Assembly (NCBI GenBank): GCA_040954595.2
Contig: CM082595.2
Coordinates: 1,325,690-1,389,689, forward strand
Direction: 5' to 3'
Source of the DNA: Balanoglossus misakiensis
Lineage: Eukaryota > Animalia > Hemichordata
Length of the DNA: 64,000 nucleotides
Positions 39,701-49,353 of this stretch are shown piece after piece (positions within the stretch are counted from its first letter, which is position 1; every line of letters starts with the position of its first letter). Both the position numbers and the translations under genes were made by a program. The notes below the pieces were generated by a model. It did not search any database. It saw only the letters and a list, made by a program, of their open reading frames with translations, and had not been told where the DNA came from.

Positions 39701-40485
39701 GCATATTTTCTCGCCATTTCAACTGGCCAACTTCTTTTTCCAGAGCAAATTTGACATCACTGTTGTATCCAGATCCCATATCAAGACCAATGCCCAAGTT
39801 AGACTGAATGTCCAGGAATGACTATATAAAAATGAAATAAAATAAATCTTCTAAAATTTGTTGTTGTTCTGTATGTAGAATCAAAACATCTTATAGTTGT
39901 TCCTCTCCTTCAAGATCATTAGACAATATCTTTAGCAAAAAACTTCTTACCTCACTTCTCTTAGCCATAGGAACCATTTTCACAATGGAGTTATCAATGA
40001 TCTTGTAGTCTTCAATGGTGTATGCGTCTCTCAAATATTGCCCTTTGTATCTGAATCTGAATTGATGATCGCCTCGACCCAATTCATGTAATATATGTAG
40101 CATCTGTGCCCGTACACGGGCTATAGTATCTGTTGCAGTGCATTGTAGTACAAACGTTTTGAACTGGAAAGACAATCATTGAATCAGCATAAAAATAATT
40201 ATCACCACGATTGCAGAATTTATTTCATTGCTTGCTTCTTTCTGGAGATATGCACAGCAGGTATTTCTCAAAAAGCCAAAAGGGCAGACATTTACTTCAA
40301 AAAGTGTAGGCGTGATCATCATCATCTAGTCAAAACAACAACAATCAACGAGGACGTCGCATTGATAAAAGCTGTATAACCTATGATCACTGCCGTGTCT
40401 GAGGCTCAAAATGTGTTCCCAGTAATACTGAGAACCGAGTTCAAATACTTACAGGGAAGGCTTTGCTTTCGATGTACAATAACAT
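36718..40485 (-). CDS. Uncharacterised protein: N-terminal ubiquitin-like domain, about four TM helices, C-terminal armadillo repeats; 13 exons
   Basis: Exon 1 40485-40453 (MLLYIESKAFP). Exon 2 40163-39951 (FKTFVLQCTATDTIARVRAQ...FRYKGQYLRDAYTIEDYKIIDNSIVKMV, ubiquitin-fold pattern). Hydrophobic exons at ~39566-38849. ARM exons (EQRNASFELATLA...KFRIVTEGGLEVLISL, FVEMGGITTLTTLLHSSDPRVVQEAATAVSYI). Introns are GT-AG and the junctions I traced stay in frame. Confidence 0.85.
39294..39331 (+). mobile_element. Truncated MITE family copy
   Basis: ttaacccttttaccaccatggtttagtcaaaatccatt. Confidence 0.6.
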
Positions 40486-40576
40486 CCTGCGTTTAGTGTT
40501 GTTTTCCTCTCATACCATGTTCATTTCCTCGATCTAGTACATCTGCTATGTCGCCATTTGTAATATATGCATAGTG

Positions 40577-40600
40577 TGACGTCATGGTTGCTATGACAAT
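40577..40600. promoter_or_regulatory. Adjacent CRE (TGACGTCA) and RFX X-box-like site in the shared UBL-TM-ARM / PRDM9 promoter
   Basis: tgacgtca at 40577-40584 and gttgctatgacaat at 40587-40600, between two divergent start codons ~340 bp apart. Confidence 0.5.
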
Positions 40601-40821
40601 AATCACAGCTACCGCCTGGGGGCGGTATGTATTTGGCGGAAATTTTGAAATCGACCAGACGACAAGTGGACGGGAGAAGAAATTTTTGCGATGCAAGTGA
40701 AAAATCATCTTTTTGCGTACTTTAATACTTTTGTTTATAATACCACAGTGTTTTCAATACTGAGTGAATATACAATCATTCATGTTATTGTTTTTTTTTA
40801 CAGTTTCTGAGAAAATACACC

Positions 40822-43800
40822 ATGCCAAAATCCAAGAAGACTGGCGCTGCAGCTGGCAAGAGCAATTCCGAGTTCGACGTAATACGACCTTACTTTACAG
40901 AGAAAGAATGGAATGAAACTTCGGACTATGAGAAGGCAAGACTTCGAAATATCAAAGAAAATTACGAGATGATGATAGGGGTTGGTAAGGATGGGTTTTT
41001 ATTTGTTTTAGAGAACTTGCGAATGATTGGATTTCAGAAATGAACATGTTCTGTTGTTCACCAAATACAAAACCATGTAGCTAAAGATTGTCTTGTTTTT
41101 TGGTTTGACAATGACGTCTAACACACAAACCAAGGCAAAACGTCGAATCTGATTTTAAATACACTTAATTTGTGTTAAAATATAGTGCTATCTTATAATT
41201 CAGGACTGGTTGTGGAAAAGCCAGAGTTCATGAATGGCCCTCGTGGTAGAAAACGTAAGCCAAAGATAATAGAAAGTGACAGTGAAGATGAAGAATGGTT
41301 TCCTGGATATGATAGAGTCAAAAACAAAAAAGGTAATAATGCATGTGAGTTTGAAGAAGATCTGGTACGAGAACTTTAAGTATATGAGGCAGAACTTGTT
41401 TTTATGAAAAGCTGATTTTTATGAACTCATTATAATCACCAGTGTAAATATCCTTGTCCATTTTCAGCTCATTTCTCAGCTCCATTGAAACCCCCACCTG
41501 AATTGAAAAAGCCAACAGTAAAACCACCCAAGGACATAAAGGTAAAGTAATTCCCAAACCTTGCACCATGCTAATATACTTACCTGGTATCCTGTTGTAT
41601 TCTCCTAGATAAGATGCATGAACAGTACAATGTAATTTTGTTGATTTTAATTGTAGGAAACGAAAGATAATGGAAATGGTGGTATTTCAGAGAAAAACAA
41701 GCAAAAAGGCAGAAAGAAGTGTGCGATGTCACTAAAAGTGAAAGAGGGTAGGAACTGACATTTCAAGTGTTAATTGTTATTGTTGGTCATGTGTGACTTG
41801 ACTTTTCTTGTGTCTCAAAACATAAAATATTAACAGAATTGTTTCAGTCGGGAAATAATTAATTAATATTGTGTTTCACTCAAAATTAATGCCACAGATT
41901 GAGTTAGTAATGAAAATTAAAGCAATAATGTTTTTGGAAACTCTTAGCATTTGTAATGGCATGAGTTTATGAGTTCTGAAAGAGTCCTTATAACTTTCAT
42001 GATTTGACTCTTGAACTTGCATGATTTTGACAAATTCATACAGAGCACAAGATATGCTTAATAATTATAATAATAATAATCATTTGCATTAAACATTTTT
42101 TTCAGTCAAAAAGACATCAAGTAGATATCCTAAACGACACGTTGAGAGAAAAAGTTACAGAGAGGCAGAAGTTCCAGATGATGACCACTACATATGTAAG
42201 TACATCATGCAAATCTCAAAAAATGTTCAAAGGGGAAAACAGAAAAAAAATCCTCATTTTTCATGTACGCTTTATATTTAATCACAAGTAGATTTTTTTC
42301 ACATTCTACATTGGTGCTGTATAATATGTCAGTTTGTTGGTTCTGATTAGAAATACAAATTAATCAGTATAACAATTACATGATAATATCCATTTTTTCA
42401 GACTGTGAGGACTGTGATGCATTCTTTGAAGGTGATTGTGCAAAACATCCTTTCCAAATCATTGAAGATAAACCCATTCCTGAGGGATTTAAAGGAAGTA
42501 AGGCCAGAGCCAGTATACCAGATTGTCTGAGTATTGGAAAGTCTGGAATTAGAAATGCTGGTCTTGGTGTCTGGTCCGAGGAATCCTTACCAAAAGGCGT
42601 CAGATTTGGCCCATACAAAGGAGAAGAAGTTGATGTCGAGAAGGGCTATGACAGTGGATATGCTTGGCAGGTAATATATTTTACGTGAGAATAACTTGCA
42701 TTGTTCAGCTGTTTCTGATACTTTCTTTGTTTTCATCACAGTCATTATATAAAATTATTAAATGTTCAACATGAGCTGTTAAAGTTAAAAAAATTTTGAT
42801 GTGTAGCTTTACGAAAAACAAGCCCTGCCAATGTACACCAGTGAACATTGGAATTTTTTTCTATCAGTATTTGTTTCACAAAGTGTTTTCAGTACAATGT
42901 AAACTTTCTGATTGACTGAATTGCATAATAGTACCCAATAATGTCTTGTCCAATGTACTATGACCTCTCTTCGCTAAATGCATGTAGCAGTTGCTGTAAA
43001 AAGGTCTATGGTTTACTACAATCCAGAAACACAAACATTTGACACCTATATATTTCAGATTTGTGGTGCTGACAGGAGAAGTGTTTTCATTGATGGAGAA
43101 GATGAAAACAAAGGAAACTGGATGAGATTTATAAATTGTGCTCGAAATGAAATTGAACAAAATCTTGTTGCATTTCAATACCATGGACAAATATTCTACA
43201 GAAGTTTCAAAGCTATTCCTAAAAATTGTGAACTACTTGTCTACTATGGAGAGGAGTATGCAAAAGATTTAGGAATCAACACTAAGTTTGAAGATACATG
43301 TATGAAATTAATGAAAAGTAAGTGTCAAGTTTTATTTTTATTTTAATGTAATGAACATTCAATTTTTCAGTTTTCCACTATGGAATAAGGGCATGAAAAA
43401 ATGATAAATCTTGTTTTGTGTTTGTTTGTAGATGCAGGACTGAAATGTCCTGCAGTGTTGGGTGGAAGTGATTGCTCAATGACTTTACAGAGTCGACACC
43501 GCTAGATTCTGCCCCATCAAAGCTGTATTTCCATAGATACAGCAGCATCATATAGTGTATGATGTTTGCATGGAAATGTGATGATCAAGAAGTATTGTTT
43601 TTTCACCTAAATGAAACCAGATAAACTAAATATATGTTTCCCCACAGATAATACAGAAAATCAGCAAACACATTGTCGAGAGAAGTCACACAGTCATGGT
43701 ATCAATGGAAAAGATAACTTGTCCATACACCGGCAGACTGACAACAAGTGTGGTAAAGGGTTTATCGAGGCATCACTTTTACACAAACACAAGAGGTTAC

Positions 43801-44315
43801 AAACTGGTGGAAAAAGTCACAAATGTCAGATCTGTGGAAAGTCATTTACATGTTCAGGTAACCTACAAAAACACCAACGGATTCATACTGGGGAGAAACC
43901 CTTTCTGTGTGAATATTGTCAGAAGGGGTTTACACAGTTAGGTCATCTACAAAGACACCAACGGATTCATACTGGTGAAAGACCATATGTTTGCAAGGAA
44001 TGTCAGAAGAGCTTTACATGCTCAGGTCATCTACAGCAACACCAACTTATTCACACTGGTCAAAAGCCATACAAATGTGAATATTGTCAGAAAAGGTTTA
44101 CATGCTCAGGTAACCTACAACAACACCAACGTATTCACACTGGTCAAAAGCCATACAAATGTGAATATTGTCAGAAGAGCTTTACAAACTCAAGTCATCT
44201 ACAAAGCCACCTACGGATTCACACTGGTGAAAAGCCATTCAAATGCAAGGATTGTCAGAAGAGGTTTACACAGTCGAGTAATCTACGAACACACGAACGC
44301 ATTCACACTGGCTGA
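40822..44315 (+). CDS. PRDM9: PRDM9/PRDM7-type histone methyltransferase: KRAB-like, SSXRD, zinc knuckle, PR/SET, six C2H2 fingers (580 aa, 8 exons)
   Basis: Exons 40822-40984, 41204-41332, 41468-41541, 41657-41747, 42106-42195, 42402-42670, 43059-43317, 43648-44315 (1743 nt, open). KRAB-like [44 protein letters not shown]; [30 protein letters not shown]; knuckle CEDC..EGDCAKH; SET motifs [31 protein letters not shown]. Confidence 0.88.
43818..44312 (+). repeat. 84-bp-unit coding tandem array of six C2H2 zinc fingers
   Basis: 28-aa periodicity with shared DNA blocks, e.g. tattcacactggtcaaaagccatacaaatgtgaatattgtcagaa repeated exactly in adjacent units. Confidence 0.92.
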
Positions 44316-44956
44316 GAAGCAATACATGTGAGCACACGCACTTGAATCAAGTTGCGAATTGGTATTTGCACAATATACTGTAGAGAAGACTGTATATCGT
44401 GCAAATACCAATTCGTAACATTGATTCAAGTGCGTGTGCTTGTGAGAGTTGTCAGTACTGCCCTAGTTCAGTCACTGAACAATTGCAAAAGCTGTGAAGA
44501 TGTTTTTGTTTTGGGCATGATTTGTAAGTTTCAAATGCATTCTAGTTGATTAATACGATCAAATGCCACGCAGTCTTTTACCGAACCAGTAGTTTCAGAG
44601 GTAGGGTCATCACTTTCCCCACAAATTGTGGATCATCATTGTCCCCTTTGTAATGACCATGGGATCCTATTAACGTTGGGAAACCTGCAGGTATTCTCAC
44701 AACAGCTATGAGACTATGATAAATGAATGAGACCTTTCTCATCAAATGAGAATATGTTCTCCCTCCATTTGCACGATCAGAGAACTAGTCTACTATTACC
44801 TGTAACTTGTAACCATTGATATAATATATTGAGTAAGTAATATTTTTTTCAGTGTTTTATGAATTAAGACATATACACTCTTTTCAGAGAATTTTAATTG
44901 TTAATTTATTTGCAGTTCTTTAAAAGCATCTGTAATTTCACAATTGAAAATTGAAA

Positions 44957-45107
44957 TGTTTCAGAATTTCAAAATCATTGTACATCACTTTGATATTTTA
45001 AATGTAGTATTTGGACAGTTTTTTAAATTAATGTTTGAGAATTTAAAAACAATTGTACATCACTTTGATATTTTACATGTAGTATGTTGACAGTCTTTTT
45101 AAATTAA
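44957..45107. repeat. Two-copy ~75-bp tandem duplication just downstream of the DFFB stop
   Basis: Core attgtacatcactttgatatttta.atgtagtat...gacagt...ttttaaattaa occurs twice, 75 bp apart. Confidence 0.85.
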
Positions 45108-45122
45108 CATGAAAACAACTTT

Positions 45123-45499
45123 TCAGGACAATCTTATGTAGAAATTTTTGTTATTGCATTGGTACCCAGTATGTGCTTCCTTCTTGTGACAAGCAATATG
45201 CACCAATTTCAAATTATTGGTTGTGAATAAAAGTTGATAAAAATAAACCCAGTTGATGTCTTTTCCCTTTGGAATGTTTTCAACAGCATTGACGATTGAT
45301 GGTAGTACTTCTCTTGATTTTTCAATTCTGAAAGAGAATGATACAGTAGTAAATTTCACCTTCTGTAATCTAAACCAAATCTTTAAAGGCTGAAACAAAA
45401 TTAAAGGAACTGTATTAATAGAAATTCTTGTTTTGAAAAGGCATATTGTCTGAATTGCATTAAGTCAGTAAAAGTATGTTAAGTGTAGTCTCTCCCCCC

Positions 45500-45568
<69 letters not shown>

Positions 45569-47747
45569 TCTCTCTCTCTCTCTCTGACTACCACCCAGAT
45601 ACTTACACATGATCTAAATTCCATGTACTAAATAAAATACGTGCTTCCTTGCTGCTGTATGGATTAATTGTGTGTGTTGATATACACTCATCCACATCAT
45701 ATGAACCTTGGCAAGTGAACCATCCATCTTCATCACACAGAGCCTCATCACCTGCAGACCTTAAAAAGAAGTTACCATGGAAATCATTGGATTTAAGCTC
45801 ATCTTGGAAACTTTGGTGAAGTTTTATCAGTTTTCTTTGCGTCTTGTTTCTGCCTTCTTTTCCAAAGTATTCTTTTGCCTGGAATGAAAAAAAAACAAAA
45901 ACATTATAATTCAATATTCAAGAATTTCAGCATGCATTCTGCTTCAAACTGGGAAGAATAAAGAGATGTTAAAATGAGTTTATCAGATTAGACCAAATGT
46001 ACTTTGAAATATTTTCCGACAAATCCTTCATTTGGCATAAGCGAAATATCTTCCCTTGCAGTTTGCTTGATAAATAACTTATTTCCTCATCTGAAAAGGA
46101 TACATGTAAATAACTTATCGTTTGATCTCACCCCTGAAAGATACTTTCTCAGTCTTCCCTGAGCTGAATATTTCAGATATTGTTCTTTAGTTTTGAATCG
46201 GTTATCAACACCTGCAAAGAGTACAAGGAGATAGGTAATACGGTGCATAATATGCTCTTACAATATAACATCAGTATATACTTGTATATCAAATCATTAG
46301 GGTACAATGATTCAACTAAAATTATATTATACCAGTATATTGATGGTGTAAATCACGCTATTTGATTGGTCGAGACACGACACGTGACCGTGATATATTA
46401 GCCATATACCACAGTCATATATCATAGTTAAAGAAAATGCCTTTTAAAAATGTTTTATGCAAAGTTTCAATATACTGGCATAATATAATAGCAATAAAAC
46501 ACCCCCAGCCATGGTATACCACTCGATTTTGACCAGTTCAACTCCATATACGCACTCGCTATCGCTCGTGCGTATATGTCGTGAACTGGTCAAAATCTCG
46601 TGATATACCATGGCTGGGGGTGTTTTATTGCTTAAATAATCTATTCTATGAACTGTTTGAAAAATACAAAAATGAACCTGAGTTAAGCTGACATGAACAT
46701 TGTTGTGACTGGCTGTTTCTAAACCCCCTGAACCAGATTTTAATGCTAATGAGATTTTCTGATCTGGAAGTAAAATTGCCATAAGTCTTCCCTGCAATTG
46801 GTGGAAGAAGAGTGAGAGAGAGAGCCATGCAGTATAAAACTAGAAAAATTACTTTCAAACCATGCTGGATCTTCATCCCTAGTTTCTCCTTCGATGTTTG
46901 ATTCAAGTTTTCCAACAAATTCTGACATTAAATGGTATTTCTCTCCAGAATCCATTTCACTGATGAAATCCCGGATTTGGGCAGCAACCTCATTCCGATC
47001 AACAGACAACAGAACTTTATCAAATACATCTTGGATCAAAGAAAAATCTGTGGAAGAAACTCAGAGCAAAGTAAGTCAGCATTGTACTTTCACATAAAAA
47101 AGCGGGTGTAGAAGTGTGTGTGTGTGTGTTGGGGGGGGGGGGGGGGTTAGGGACCAACTGTTGTTTGTTGATGGAAAGGATAGTTTTGCCAGTGTATCCA
47201 AAAGACGTACTACGGGACCTGCTACTTTTTGTTCAGTTTGTCGCTACTTACATCCATTCCATGATTCACTTCTGCTCAAAAACACAAAGACAGTGTTGGC
47301 TGGCAGTGTTTCAAAATAATCCTCATCGTCAATTTCTGTGCCGTCTGACTCCAAACAAATGTGACAGGATTTCTCAGCTATCTGAAGTGATGGAAGAGGT
47401 CTTATGTTAACGAAGCTTCAATCAAGATTTTTAGTATCTAAAGTGGTTTATATAGACTATAGTACATGAACATCATGTACATTTCAAGAAGTCATTCCCT
47501 CTACCAAACTGAATAATGTCTGATATATGACTTTGCATTACTACAAAACAGGCACTCCCAATAAAATTTGAGATATTTATTTTATTGATCACTACACGAA
47601 TATACACCTGTGAGGGATAGACCATCTAGTCATGGATAGACTCACTTTAAGTTTTCCACACCCCTTCTTCCTGAGCTCTGCCAAACTGTTAGCGACGATC
47701 CCAACTCTTTTTGAGCGGGTGATATTTTGCACCTTAAAAGCAGTCAT
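45123..47747 (-). CDS. DFFB: DNA fragmentation factor subunit beta (DFF40, caspase-activated DNase), 6 exons
   Basis: Exons 47747-47646, 47381-47252, 47047-46853, 46211-46132, 45878-45607, 45327-45123. CIDE-N domain (MTAFKV...KRVGIVANSLAELRKKG...LESDGTEIDDEDYFETLP). Nuclease domain LCDEDGWFTCQG...HTINPYSSKEARILFSTWNLDHVIEK...NLKLVHIACHKK. Confidence 0.95.
45489..45586. repeat. Compound (TC)n-(AC)n-(TC)n microsatellite in the last DFFB intron
   Basis: Directly visible. Confidence 0.95.
46328..46638. mobile_element. Non-autonomous element with sub-terminal inverted repeat and long terminal hairpin (Helentron/HINE-like architecture) in DFFB intron 3
   Basis: IR tataccagtatattga (46328-46343) / tcaatatactggcata (46467-46482), followed by a near-perfect palindrome at 46490-46632. 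Confidence 0.6.
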
Positions 47748-48870
47748 CAACTAAACGGTATCTGATCACGATAAGTCAAATTAATATACTGTTAAAAATA
47801 CACCGATTAATATCTATTGACGATGATTTCCCGGTAAACCAGGTGTTTTGTGGTCTCGATCATGGACAATCAAACGTCCTTCGTGATGTAAACACGGAAA
47901 CAGACATGGAAATGAATTGGTGCTGTACAGCGCCCTCATATGGTTATATTTTTGGTTTATTTCATTTTCAATATGGCGGGTTTTACGAATATTGCGTTAA
48001 CGAGCGTGTTCATTCGTTTATGACGAAGAGAATACTCAAAAAGCAAGGGAATTTTTAAAAATTCACGTTGGACAATGAAGAAATATATACGTCAGTCAGA
48101 GTTTAAGAAATTACACCAGGGTATGTACACTTTGCACGAAAAATCCCAAAATATTGTTTTCTTTTGCCCAGCGACTGTGGTTGTGCGTTACCCACAAACT
48201 TTGTTTCTGTTCACACATTTTTAGCTTTGGAAGAAATGTGTTTTAGGTTTCTTTTGTTCTGGTGCCAATTACTTAGCAGCTTGCTGAAACGTACAATAGC
48301 GTTAATTAGGGTTTCAGCGTCTCAAAGAACTTGCAAGGCTGACAAAATGGTCGATACATGATGCCAATTGTCACTGTTTAACTAATTAGATTCCGACCAT
48401 TCTCATTGGTCAATTAATTTCCACAGACCTGAAACAGGCAGACTGCACTCTTGTGATTGGTCAATTACGCTCATACTCTTCCAACAAATGTGCAACCACA
48501 GTCGGAATCGCTTACTATTTTCAAACTAGACTATGCCTCGCGCATTTCTATTGGTTACTGAGCAGCCCAAAATAGTCAAATTATAATACAGTAATAATTT
48601 AGTGCAAAATATGGAGATTTGATATGGGATGGATATGTACATACATTAACATGTACTACTACTTTTTCTTGTTCTGTGAATAAGATGAAATTATTCGATA
48701 TCTCTATGTAATAAATGCTTTACCCCCCCCCCCCAATTTTATGTGACTTTTATCCACATTTTGACAAAAAATGTGGCTCTCAAATCTGTCAAAGGGTTTA
48801 AGTTAAATAATATTCAAACATTCTTTTAAACAGATTATTGTATGGTCTTCAGAATCAAACTTCAGCCAAG

Positions 48871-49353
48871 ATGAAGAGGAGACAGAAAACAGACAATCAA
48901 AAATATTTTGGAATTTCAAGAGATGAGGACAGAAGTCTTCCAAAACACTGTTTGCAGTCTGACAATGTTTACAAACAAACACTGCCATTGAGAAATATCA
49001 CACAAGAAGTTGTGTCCAGAGATGACCAAAGCTTTGTAGGATGTCATAGATGTCCATCGACTAGTGGGAAAAGTTCACAGCTAACTAAGAAAAGGACAGC
49101 TAACAAAAGGTATACAGAGAAACAAACACTGAAAGATGATGACAATAATGGAAGGTCAAGGTTCAAGGATCATGCAGACTTGTTGCCATGGAAGCAGGAT
49201 GATTTAAATGATTACAAAGAGAATTTTTTGTATGACAACAATATTGTAACTATAGACCATTACATGGAGGATGAGAATCTCAAATCTATGGAATTACAAA
49301 ATTGGCAGCGTGAAGACAAGAGAATTTGGAGAACAGAGAATAAAACACACAAG
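48871..49353 (+). CDS. Probable coding exon of an unidentified gene divergent from DFFB (hydrophilic, no recognisable domain)
   Basis: 199-codon open frame in AT-rich DNA, bounded by acceptor ttttaaacag (48833) and donor AAG|gtaaga (49354). Upstream donor at 48121 and a CpG-richer promoter-like region at 47750-48120. Downstream exons not identified. Confidence 0.45.

Noticed and set aside
41575-41590. atacttacctgg resembling the U1 snRNA 5' end
   Set aside because: The downstream sequence does not continue as U1 (no matching stem-loops or Sm site); it is a chance antisense splice-donor-like word.
43696-44331. Periodic alternative-frame ORFs (43696-43941, 43975-44331)
   Set aside because: Shadow frames of the zinc-finger repeat.
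46002-46090. Extra DFFB exon (acceptor-like ttttcag at 46091-46097)
   Set aside because: It would need a ~41-nt intron, its phase does not fit and it shows no DFF40 similarity; exons 4 and 5 already join in frame.
46444-46797. 117-aa minus-strand ORF inside DFFB
   Set aside because: It runs through the palindromic repeat in intron 3 and has no protein-like motif.
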